Shown here: one piece after another, positions 18,647 to 26,789 of the stretch
How the letters are laid out: every line of letters begins with the position of its first letter
Numbering within the stretch: position 1 is the first letter of the stretch
NCBI GenBank assembly: GCA_031265035.1
Contig: JAISDE010000108.1
Coordinates: 1-44,824 of the forward strand
DNA: 44,824 bases
Source: Peptococcaceae bacterium
GTDB lineage: Bacteria > Bacillota > Peptococcia > DRI-13 > UBA5745
Direction of reading: 5' to 3'
Position numbers and translations under genes: made by a program
Notes under the pieces: generated by a model
What the model was told of the DNA's origin: nothing
Databases searched by the model: none
Seen by the model: the letters and a program-made list of their open reading frames with translations, nothing else

Positions 18647-20085
18647 GCGAGGTCAGTCAGGCGGAGAATCGGGCGGCGAGTCAGGCGGAGGGTCAGGCGG
18701 CGAGTCAGGCGGAGGGTCAGGCGCCAAATCAGGTGTCCGGCCAGGCGCCTGACCAGCCAGCGACTCAGGCGCCAAGCCGGGCGCCAAACAGGATCGCCCA
18801 TATCCTGCTCAACGCTTTGCAGGGCGGCGTGGTGCCCCGGGTGGGGCTGGAATACATCACGGTGGGACGGGCGGAGGAAATCGCCGCCATACTGCGGGAT
18901 ATTGAGATGATCGGGGAAGGCGGCGCCGCCTTCCGTTTTATCGTGGGCAAATACGGCAGCGGCAAGAGCTTTTTGCTCCAAACCATCCGCAATTACGCCG
19001 CGGCCAGGGGTTTCGCGGTGGTGGACGCCGACCTCTCGCCCGAGCGCCGTTTCGCCGGGACCAAAGGGCAGGGCCTGGCCACCTATAAAGAATTGATCCG
19101 GAATCTGTCCACCAAATCAAAACCCGACGGCGGCGCCCTGCCCTTGATCCTGGAAAAGTGGATCGCCGGTATTCAAACGGCGGTGAGAACCGGCTCCGAC
19201 GCTGACGGCCCGGCCTTTGACGATCTGGTGGAGCGGCGAATTTACGCGGTGGCCGGCTCCCTCGAGGGGATGGTCAACGGCTTTGAGTTCGCCAGGGCGG
19301 TGGCCATATACTGGCAATCCTACCGGCAGGGCGACGAGGCGATGAAATCCAAGGCGCTCAGATGGTTCCGGGGCGAGTATCCCTCCCGGAAAGAGGCCAA
19401 GGACGATTTGGGGATCAATTTCATTGTCACCGACGAGACCTGGTACGACTTCCTGAAAATATTCGCCGCCTTCCTGGTTGGCGCGGGCTACAAAGGTCTG
19501 CTCGTCGTCATAGACGAGCTGGTCAATATTTTCCGGATCTCCCACTCCGTCACCAGGGCGAATAATTATGAGAAAATCCTCACCATGTACAACGACGTAT
19601 TGCAGGGCAAAGCCAGCCATATCGGCTTTTTGATGGGCGGCACGCCCCAGTGCGTGGAGGACAAATACAAGGGTGTTTTCAGCTATGAGGCGTTGCGCTC
19701 TCGCCTGGCCGACGGCCATTTCGCCGCCGCCGGCCTCAAAGACCTGACCTCCCCGGTCATCAGGCTGCGCATGCTCTCCCAGGCGGAAATGTATATCCTG
19801 GTGGAGAAGCTGCTCCACCTCCACGCCCGGCTCTACAATTACGCCCCGGCCTTATCCCATGAGGATCTGGTTTATTTCCTCACGGTGGAATACAACCGGG
19901 TAGGCGCCGAGACCCATATTACCCCGAGGGAGATCATCCGGGATTTTATCGGGCTGATCAATATCCTGCGCCAGAATCCCCACCAGAGCGTAGCCGGGAT
20001 TTTGGGCGACAACAGCTTTGAGCTGGCCAAAGGCGGCCTCAGCGATGAGGATATCCACAGCGAGTTCCAGGAATTCGAGGTCTGA
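18643..20085 (+). CDS. sngB: BrxD/DUF2791-like P-loop ATPase (Shango SngB-like)
   Basis: 480 aa; ATGA start/stop overlap with the upstream gene. Motifs VPRVGLEYITVGR, Walker A GKYGSGKS, Walker B LLVVIDELVN. Confidence 0.8.
   Translation: MSEVSQAENRAASQAEGQAASQAEGQAPNQVSGQAPDQPATQAPSRAPNRIAHILLNALQGGVVPRVGLEYITVGRAEEIAAILRDIEMIGEGGAAFRFIVGKYGSGKSFLLQTIRNYAAARGFAVVDADLSPERRFAGTKGQGLATYKELIRNLSTKSKPDGGALPLILEKWIAGIQTAVRTGSDADGPAFDDLVERRIYAVAGSLEGMVNGFEFARAVAIYWQSYRQGDEAMKSKALRWFRGEYPSRKEAKDDLGINFIVTDETWYDFLKIFAAFLVGAGYKGLLVVIDELVNIFRISHSVTRANNYEKILTMYNDVLQGKASHIGFLMGGTPQCVEDKYKGVFSYEALRSRLADGHFAAAGLKDLTSPVIRLRMLSQAEMYILVEKLLHLHARLYNYAPALSHEDLVYFLTVEYNRVGAETHITPREIIRDFIGLINILRQNPHQSVAGILGDNSFELAKGGLSDEDIHSEFQEFEV
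18655..18786 (+). repeat. 11 x 12-nt tandem repeat (core RGTCAGGCGGNG) inside the ATPase 5' end
   Basis: AGTCAGGCGGAG AATCGGGCGGCG AGTCAGGCGGAG GGTCAGGCGGCG AGTCAGGCGGAG GGTCAGGCGCCA AATCAGGTGTCC GGCCAGGCGCCT GACCAGCCAGCG ACTCAGGCGCCA AGCCGGGCGCCA. This encodes SQAE NRAA SQAE GQAA SQAE GQAP NQVS GQAP DQPA TQAP SRAP. Confidence 0.9.
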
Positions 20086-20135
20086 GAATTGGGATGAGGC
20101 ATGAGAATTGGCATAGGGATTGAGGTCTGAGCATT

Positions 20136-22409
20136 ATGGATGTATTTGACAGGCTGGCCCCCTTTATTCAGGACTTTATTTACCAAAACAAATGGGAAGC
20201 GCTACGGGGCATCCAGGTAGCCGCCTGCGAGGTCATCCTCGACAGCGACGACAACCTGCTCCTTTCCTCCGGCACGGCTTCCGGCAAGACGGAGGCGGCT
20301 TTTCTGCCGGTTCTGACGGAGCTACACAACAAGCCCTCCGCCTCGGTGGGCGTCATGTATATATCGCCCTTGAAGGCGCTGATCAATGACCAGTTCAACC
20401 GGCTGGGGCAGATGCTTTTGGACTCCGATATCCCCGTCACGAAATGGCACGGGGACGCGTCAATGACCCAAAAGAGCAAGCTCGTCAAGAACCCCCGGGG
20501 CCTGCTCCAAATAACGCCGGAGTCGTTGGAGAGCCTGATCAGCAATAAACGGGGCGCCTGCCTGTCGCTGTTCGCCGATTTGCGGTTTGTCGTCATTGAC
20601 GAGGTGCATTACTTCATGCGGGATATCCGGGGCTTGCAGCTTTTGTGCGTGCTGGAGCGGCTGAGCCGGCTGACCGGCGTCAAGCCCCGGCGGATCGGCC
20701 TGTCGGCCACCCTGGGCGACCTTTCCCTGGCCCAGGCCTGGTTGAGCGCCGGCACCGGCCGCGCGTGCGCCGCCCCCGCGGCGGCGGCCGAGAAAAAGCG
20801 GATCGGGCTGCATATTGAGCGCTTCGTGAATTACGCCGAGGAAAGGGATCTGGTCGAGAAAGACAGCGGCGGCGGCGCGGTGAGCGTCAACGCCGGCGAT
20901 TTCGGCGATCTGGAGCATTATGAGTATCTTTTCAAGCATACCCTGGATAAAAAGACGATCATCTTTACCAACAGCCGGGAGGAAACCGAGCTGGTCATGG
21001 CCCGCCTGCGGGATGTGGCCCTGAAAAATAAGGCCCCCGATGTCTATCGCGTCCATCACGGCAATGTCTCGGCCCTGTTGCGGGAAAGCGCGGAGGACGA
21101 GATGCGATCCGCCGACGAGAAAATCGTTACCGGCGCCACCGTGACCCTGGAATTGGGCATCGACATCGGCTCCCTTGACCAGGCCGTCCAAATCGGCGCC
21201 CCCCTCAATGTCTCCAGTTTCGCGCAGCGCTTGGGCCGCTGCGGGCGGCGGGGGCAAATCCCCCGGCTGCTCTTTACTTTTGTGGAAAGCGTCAAGATCA
21301 ACTCCGACGACCCCCTCGGGCCTATCAACTGGGATTTCCTCCGCACCATAGCGATCCTTGAGCTTTATCTCAAAGACCACTGGCTGGAGCCGATCCCCCC
21401 GCAGCGCCACGCCTACAATCTTCTGTATCACCAAACCATGAGCTGCCTCAAAAGCAACGGGGAAATGTCCCCCGCCGGGCTGGCGACGGCGGTTTTGTCG
21501 CTCAGTTGTTTCCAAAATATCTCCCAGGCCGACTACCATAGGCTGCTTTCCCACCTGATTAGCGCGAACCAATTGCAGCGGACGGAGCGGGACGGGCTGA
21601 TCATCGGCCGGGAGGGGGAGAAGGTCGTCAACAGCTACAAATTCCTGACGGTATTTCTGACGCCGGAATACCTGCTGGTCAAGGACGAGAACCGGGCCAT
21701 CGGCACGGTGGACAAGGTTTATCCGGTGGGCGTCCGCTTCGCCTTGGCGGGCCTGACCTGGGAGACGGTGGCTGTGAATGAGAAGTCCAAGGTGATATTT
21801 GTCAAACAGGTGCCGGGCATAGCCGTGGTGGACTGGAATGTTGACTTCACCGCCGAGCTGCATACCGTTTTGGTCCGGAAAATTCGTAGCGTACTGCGGG
21901 AGGACGGCGCTTATCCCTATTTGAGCCAGCGCTGCGGCCCGCGCCTGGCCGAGATCCAATATATCGCCCGGGGCAGCGGCATCCTGGACAATTTGGTGAC
22001 CCCGCTGTCCCATCGAAAATACGCCGTCTTTCCCTGGGTGGGGACAAGACAGCTCATGACATTGAATTATCTTTTGCGGCGCCGGGGCGTCAAGAGCAAG
22101 CTGCCCTGGATCACCTGCCTCTACCTTGAGGTGATCTTTGAGGGGACGGGGGAGGAATTGGCGGGCGTCGTCGCGGACAGCCTCAGCGGCGAGCCTGACC
22201 TTTATGATTTGCCACTGCCCGACAAGGTACAGATTGCCGGGAAATACAACGAGTTCGTCCCCCCCGACCTTTTGCGCAAGCAATTTATCGAGGATTATCT
22301 CGACTTCGATGGTCTGCGGGAGGCGCTTGCCCCGCTCAGTCATTCCGGCTTGTCTCAGAATCCAAAAACGGCAGACAGTAGAATGGATTCCGGCATAAAG
22401 CCAGAATGA
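20136..22409 (+). CDS. sngC: Lhr-like superfamily-2 DEAD/DEAH-box helicase (Shango SngC-like; BrxHI-like)
   Basis: 757 aa. Motif I SGTASGKTEAAF, Ia ISPLKALINDQ, II VIDEVHYF, III LSATLG, V ATVTLELGIDIG, VI QRLGRCGRRG. Confidence 0.9.
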   Translation: MDVFDRLAPFIQDFIYQNKWEALRGIQVAACEVILDSDDNLLLSSGTASGKTEAAFLPVLTELHNKPSASVGVMYISPLKALINDQFNRLGQMLLDSDIPVTKWHGDASMTQKSKLVKNPRGLLQITPESLESLISNKRGACLSLFADLRFVVIDEVHYFMRDIRGLQLLCVLERLSRLTGVKPRRIGLSATLGDLSLAQAWLSAGTGRACAAPAAAAEKKRIGLHIERFVNYAEERDLVEKDSGGGAVSVNAGDFGDLEHYEYLFKHTLDKKTIIFTNSREETELVMARLRDVALKNKAPDVYRVHHGNVSALLRESAEDEMRSADEKIVTGATVTLELGIDIGSLDQAVQIGAPLNVSSFAQRLGRCGRRGQIPRLLFTFVESVKINSDDPLGPINWDFLRTIAILELYLKDHWLEPIPPQRHAYNLLYHQTMSCLKSNGEMSPAGLATAVLSLSCFQNISQADYHRLLSHLISANQLQRTERDGLIIGREGEKVVNSYKFLTVFLTPEYLLVKDENRAIGTVDKVYPVGVRFALAGLTWETVAVNEKSKVIFVKQVPGIAVVDWNVDFTAELHTVLVRKIRSVLREDGAYPYLSQRCGPRLAEIQYIARGSGILDNLVTPLSHRKYAVFPWVGTRQLMTLNYLLRRRGVKSKLPWITCLYLEVIFEGTGEELAGVVADSLSGEPDLYDLPLPDKVQIAGKYNEFVPPDLLRKQFIEDYLDFDGLREALAPLSHSGLSQNPKTADSRMDSGIKPE

Positions 22410-22495
22410 CGGCGGGAGCGATCCACCTATGAACTACTACTGTAACAGCGACTTGTGACTTTTTATATCTGCAACCACCGAAAAAATTGTAGGCA

Positions 22496-22541
22496 TTCGC
22501 TAAAGGCATAAAGGCATTTGCTAAAGGACGTTCGCTAAAGG
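22496..22541 (+). promoter_or_regulatory. direct-repeat array (TTYGCTAAAGG x3 plus one TAAAGG half unit) abutting the -35
   Basis: TTCGCTAAAGG 22496-22506, TTTGCTAAAGG 22517-22527, TTCGCTAAAGG 22531-22541, and an extra CATAAAGGCA at 22507-22516. Confidence 0.6.
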
Positions 22542-22543
22542 AT

Positions 22544-22572
22544 TTGACAATTTTGCTGGTTGGATGTAACAT
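22544..22572 (+). promoter_or_regulatory. candidate sigma-70-type promoter of the comFB-ABC operon
   Basis: TTGACA (22544-22549), 17-nt spacer, TAACAT (22567-22572); 51 nt upstream of ATG 22624. Confidence 0.55.
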
Positions 22573-22623
22573 AAAGTCGTCGATTCAATTTTCCTGATTT
22601 TTAGCGGGGACTGGGGGCCGGGT

Positions 22624-22968
22624 ATGGCAAAGCCGGACAGTGGGTTGGAGCGTGGCGCCAGATATATTTTGCGCAATAGTTACGAGGAAATGGTCAGGAT
22701 CAGGACGAAGGAGATCATGTCCAGAATGGATATGTGCTGTTGCGAGAAATGCTATTTGGATGTCTGCGCCTTGGTGTTGAATCAATTACAGCCCAGGTAT
22801 GTGACGACGGAAAAAGGCTCGCTGATCGCCAAGCTGCCGGAAATGTCGAAACGCAAGGAACTGGAGATGACCGTTTTGATCAGCCGGGCGGCGAAAATGG
22901 TGCGAGACCATCCCAGTCACGACGCGAAAATGGCGCGGGACAATCCTAATCATGACGCGAAAATGTGA
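22624..22968 (+). CDS. comFB: ComFB-family (late competence development protein ComFB domain) small protein
   Basis: 114 aa. Family signature MDMCCCEKCYLDVCALVLNQLQPRYV. C-terminus carries a tandem MVRDHPSHDAK / MARDNPNHDAK repeat. Confidence 0.75.
   Translation: MAKPDSGLERGARYILRNSYEEMVRIRTKEIMSRMDMCCCEKCYLDVCALVLNQLQPRYVTTEKGSLIAKLPEMSKRKELEMTVLISRAAKMVRDHPSHDAKMARDNPNHDAKM
22891..22968 (+). repeat. 2.4 x 33-nt in-frame tandem duplication at the comFB 3' end
   Basis: GCGAAAATGGTGCGAGACCATCCCAGTCACGAC / GCGAAAATGGCGCGGGACAATCCTAATCATGAC / GCGAAAATGTGA. ATG 22952 of the next gene lies in copy 2. Confidence 0.9.
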
Positions 22969-24943
22969 GGCGCCGGAGGAAAATACAGGCCGGGAGCGGC
23001 GCCGTCCACAGAGAACTCAGACACGGTTGCGGATTTTGTCACATTACGCCAAAGGCGCCAAGGGTTTGCTCTTGCTGTCGTTGATCGCTTCGGTTTTATC
23101 GATCGGATGCTATTTTTTGATGCCCCAAGTGATTTTGCTCACGGTGGATTCTGTGATCGGGGAAGCGGATTTCCGTTTGCCTGATTTTTTGTTGGCGGGG
23201 ATAAATCAGGCCGGGCTACGGGCCTATCTGCGGCAAAATCTTGTCTGGTGTCTGGCGGTGATTTTGCTGTTCGACATTTTGTCCGGGTTTTTTACCTATC
23301 TGCGCCGGGCGTCTATGGCCAAGGGAGCGGAAGGTATTATCCGCCGCCTGCGGATCGGGCTGTACGGGCATATCCAGCGGCTGCCCTATCTTTGGCACGC
23401 CGAACACAAGACAGGGGATATCCTGCAGCGCTGCACCGCCGACGTGGATGTGATCCGGCTGTTTATCAGCGGGCAGGCGCTGGAGCTTTTTCGCGCGGTG
23501 TCCCTGGTGATTTTGGCGCTGGCCGTCATGTTTACCATGAATATCAAAATGACCCTGGCGGCGGCCGGTTTTTTGCCGCTGATCGCGATTTACTCCTACG
23601 TGTTTTATGGCCGGATCGCCAAACGGTTTCGGGCCGCCGATGAGGCGGAGGGCGAGTTGTCCGCGGCGGTGCAGGAGAACCTGTCCAGCGTTCGGGTGGT
23701 GCGGGCTTTTGGGCGGGAGCGATATGAGGTGGAGCGGTTTGACGCGAAAAACCTGCGTTTCACCGACCTGTGGATGAGATTGGGTTATGTGCTGGGTCTG
23801 TATTGGGGGTTGGGCGATTTGCTCACCGGCTTGCAGGTTATGACAGTGGTAGGGATGGGCGCTTTGCTGTCGACGACGGGCGAGTTGACCATGGGGCAGT
23901 TTTTGGCTTTTGTGTCTTATAATGCCCAGCTGGTGTGGCCGATCCGGGGCCTGGGCCGGATTTTGTCGGAAATGAGCAAGGCCGGCGTGTCCCTGGATCG
24001 GATCGGCGCCATACTGACGTATCCGGCGGAGGACTCCGACGAGGCGGAGCCGAGCGAGGTGGAGTCGAGCGAGGCGGCCGCGGCCGCCAACGGCAACGTC
24101 GGCGAGGCCGACAGCGCCAACGGTGCCGGAACCGACGCTGGCGCCGCGGGCACCGAGGCCGACGACGAGCTTTTTGCCGGGGATATCGCGTTTGACATCA
24201 GGCGATTCGCCTATCCGGGCGGCAAGCCGATTTTGCGGGATATCCGGGTAACGATCCCCGGCGGCTCCACTCTGGGCATACTGGGCGGCACGGGGACGGG
24301 CAAGTCCACCTTGATGCACCTGCTGGATCGACTTTACGACTTGCCGCCGGCCATGGGCCGGATCACCGTTGGCGGCGTGGATATCCAAAGCCTCCGGCGC
24401 CGGCGGTTGCGGCGGCACATTGGATTCGCGCTGCAAGAGCCTTTTTTATTTTCCCGCACGATTCGGGAGAATATCAGCGCTTTCCGGCCGGGCGCCCCTC
24501 TGGCGGCGGCCCGCCGGGCGGCGGCCATCGCCTGCGTGGACGGCGCCATCGAGGGATTTGCCGACGGATATGACACCATGGTCGGCGAGCGGGGCGTCAC
24601 CCTTTCCGGCGGCCAAAAGCAACGGGTAGCCATTGCCCGGATGCTGACGCAGCAGGCGCCCATCATGATTTTTGACGATTCCCTCTCGGCGGTGGACGGG
24701 GAGACCGACGCCCGAATTCGGGCGTCCCTGCGGGAAAATCTGGGCCGGGCCACAGTCATCCTGATTTCCCACCGGGTCGCCACCTTGATGACGGCGGATA
24801 ATATCTTGGTGCTGGATAACGGCCAGGTCACCGAGATGGGTACCCACGCGGAATTGCTGGCCCGGGAGGGTATTTACCGGCGGGTTTTCGATATTCAGGG
24901 CGGCGGCGAGGTGACGCCGGCGGGGGGTGAGCTGGATGTTTGA
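22952..24943 (+). CDS. ABC exporter, fused permease/ATPase subunit 1
   Basis: 663 aa. The start overlaps the comFB 3' end by 17 nt and has no strong RBS, so the start is uncertain. 6-TM domain. Motifs GGTGTGKST, LSGGQKQRV, MIFDDSLSAVD. An acidic roughly 50-aa insert sits at the TMD-NBD junction. Confidence 0.85.
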   Translation: MTRKCEAPEENTGRERRRPQRTQTRLRILSHYAKGAKGLLLLSLIASVLSIGCYFLMPQVILLTVDSVIGEADFRLPDFLLAGINQAGLRAYLRQNLVWCLAVILLFDILSGFFTYLRRASMAKGAEGIIRRLRIGLYGHIQRLPYLWHAEHKTGDILQRCTADVDVIRLFISGQALELFRAVSLVILALAVMFTMNIKMTLAAAGFLPLIAIYSYVFYGRIAKRFRAADEAEGELSAAVQENLSSVRVVRAFGRERYEVERFDAKNLRFTDLWMRLGYVLGLYWGLGDLLTGLQVMTVVGMGALLSTTGELTMGQFLAFVSYNAQLVWPIRGLGRILSEMSKAGVSLDRIGAILTYPAEDSDEAEPSEVESSEAAAAANGNVGEADSANGAGTDAGAAGTEADDELFAGDIAFDIRRFAYPGGKPILRDIRVTIPGGSTLGILGGTGTGKSTLMHLLDRLYDLPPAMGRITVGGVDIQSLRRRRLRRHIGFALQEPFLFSRTIRENISAFRPGAPLAAARRAAAIACVDGAIEGFADGYDTMVGERGVTLSGGQKQRVAIARMLTQQAPIMIFDDSLSAVDGETDARIRASLRENLGRATVILISHRVATLMTADNILVLDNGQVTEMGTHAELLAREGIYRRVFDIQGGGEVTPAGGELDV

Positions 24944-26789
24944 GGAAGAAATGGCCCGCCATCGCTCTTTTGACCTGCGGATTTGGCGCAAGCTGCTGCC
25001 TTTTTTGCGTCCGCGCCGGGCCTTGCTGGCGACGATCATGGGGCTGATGCTGCTTTCCGCCGGCCTGGATGTGGCGATCCCCCTATTTCAACGTTACGCC
25101 ATCGACCGGTTTATCACGCCGGCGACGACGGAGGGCCTGGGCGGCTATCTCGGCGTTTACGCCTTGACGGTTTTGGCGCAGTCCCTGATAGTTCTGTTGT
25201 TCGTCAAGCGCTCGCTGACGGCGGAAATGCTGCTGGGGCGGGACATGAAGCGGGCCTGTTTTGTGCATCTGCAAAAGCTGTCCCTGTCCTATTACAACAC
25301 GACGCCGGTGGGTTATATGATGTCTCGGGTGATGAGCGATACCAACCGGCTGTCCGGGCTGATCGCCTGGGGGGTGGTGGACGCTTTCTGGGCGGCGGCC
25401 TACGTCAGCGGCGCCTTTGTCGCTATGCTGCTGCTGCATTGGCGGCTGGCCCTGGTGGTCATGACGGTGGCGCCTTGTATCGCCCTGCTCACCTGGTATT
25501 TCCAAAATAAGATCCTGGCTTGCAACCGGCAGGTGCGCAAGGAGAATTCCCGGCTCACCGCCGCCTACAACGAGGGCGTCATGGGGGCCAGAACCGCCAA
25601 AATCCTGGTGATGGAGGAAAACAATACGGCGGAGTTTACCGGCATCGCCGGCGAGATGTACCGGTATTCGGTGCGGGCGGCGATATTGAACGGTCTCTAT
25701 ATACCGATTGTCTCCTTTTTCAGCTCGCTGGCGGTGGCCCTGGTGCTGACCAGGGGCGGCTACCTGGTCATGGCGGACGGGCTGCGGTTTGGCACCTTCG
25801 CCGCGTTTATCACCTATGGCGTGGGAATTTTTGAGCCGATTCAGCAATTGGCCAGAATCCTGGCCGATACCATCTCCGCCCAGGCCAATATTGAGCGGGT
25901 GGCCGGCCTGCTGGAGCAAAAGCCGGGGATCGCGGATCGGCCGGAGGTGACGGCGAGATACGGCGATCAGTTCGAGCCCAAAACGGAGAATTGGGAGCCG
26001 ATCCGGGGCGATATTGAGTTTCAGGACGTATCCTTCCAATACCCGGACGGGAAAGAATGTGTGCTGGAGCATTTCAACCTGCGGATTCCCGCCGGCGCCG
26101 CCATCGCCATCGTCGGGGAGACCGGGGCGGGCAAAAGCACCCTGGTCAATCTGGTCTGCCGCTTTTTTGAGCCGACCGGGGGGCAAATCCTCATTGATGG
26201 CCGGGATTACCGGGAACGCTCCCAGCTGTGGCTGCGGGGCAATATCGGCTATGTGCTGCAGACGCCTCATCTGTTTTCCGGCACCATCCGGGAAAATATC
26301 CGCTACGGCAACCTGGACGCCAGCGACGAGCAGGTGGAGGCGGCGGCCCGACAGGTATCGGCCCACACTGTGGCGGAGCGCCTGGAAAAAGGCTACGACA
26401 GCGACGTGGGCGAGGGCGGGGATCGGCTGTCCACAGGGGAAAAGCAGCTGATTTCCTTTGCCCGCGCGGTATTGGCGGATCCCCGGATTTTTGTGTTGGA
26501 TGAGGCCACATCCTCTGTGGACACAGCTACGGAAAAGCTGATTCAGGAGGCCATAGCCCATATTTTGCGGGGCCGCACCTCCTTTGTCATAGCGCACCGG
26601 CTGTCCACCGTCCGGCACGCCGGCCATATCCTGGCGGTGCGGGACGGCAAGATCGTCGAGCAGGGCCGGCATGAGGAATTGATGGAGCGCAAGGGCTATT
26701 ATTATCAGCTGTACACCCGTCAATTCGCCTGGGAGGCCACCACCGGCGCGCTGAGAGACTCTAAAGAGCCCGAGCCAGCCCTTCCATAG
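24936..26789 (+). CDS. ABC exporter, fused permease/ATPase subunit 2
   Basis: The track starts at GTG 24927; ATG 24936 overlaps the upstream stop (ATGTTTGA). Motifs GETGAGKST, LSTGEKQLI, FVLDEATSSVD. Confidence 0.88.
   Translation: MFEEEMARHRSFDLRIWRKLLPFLRPRRALLATIMGLMLLSAGLDVAIPLFQRYAIDRFITPATTEGLGGYLGVYALTVLAQSLIVLLFVKRSLTAEMLLGRDMKRACFVHLQKLSLSYYNTTPVGYMMSRVMSDTNRLSGLIAWGVVDAFWAAAYVSGAFVAMLLLHWRLALVVMTVAPCIALLTWYFQNKILACNRQVRKENSRLTAAYNEGVMGARTAKILVMEENNTAEFTGIAGEMYRYSVRAAILNGLYIPIVSFFSSLAVALVLTRGGYLVMADGLRFGTFAAFITYGVGIFEPIQQLARILADTISAQANIERVAGLLEQKPGIADRPEVTARYGDQFEPKTENWEPIRGDIEFQDVSFQYPDGKECVLEHFNLRIPAGAAIAIVGETGAGKSTLVNLVCRFFEPTGGQILIDGRDYRERSQLWLRGNIGYVLQTPHLFSGTIRENIRYGNLDASDEQVEAAARQVSAHTVAERLEKGYDSDVGEGGDRLSTGEKQLISFARAVLADPRIFVLDEATSSVDTATEKLIQEAIAHILRGRTSFVIAHRLSTVRHAGHILAVRDGKIVEQGRHEELMERKGYYYQLYTRQFAWEATTGALRDSKEPEPALP

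Noticed and set aside
20460-22343. Very long antisense ORFs in the track: 20460-22343, 25083-26723, 23216-24436, 40640-41866, 6939-7997, 5631-6491, 2419-3315, 9629-10381, 10537-11289, 13587-14231, 19117-19824, 27286-27978, 30092-30994, 43546-44379 and 175-954.
   Set aside because: Each lies opposite a gene with clear family motifs. Their translations are Arg/Gly/Pro/Ala/Gln-rich with no recognisable motifs, as expected for stop-poor antisense frames in GC-rich DNA.
18643-22409. BREX (type 2) system, because of the BrxD-like ATPase and BrxHI-like helicase.
   Set aside because: No PglX methyltransferase, PglZ phosphatase, PglW or BrxA/B/C is present anywhere in the window. The TerB-N/TerB-C partner fits the Shango-type triad instead.
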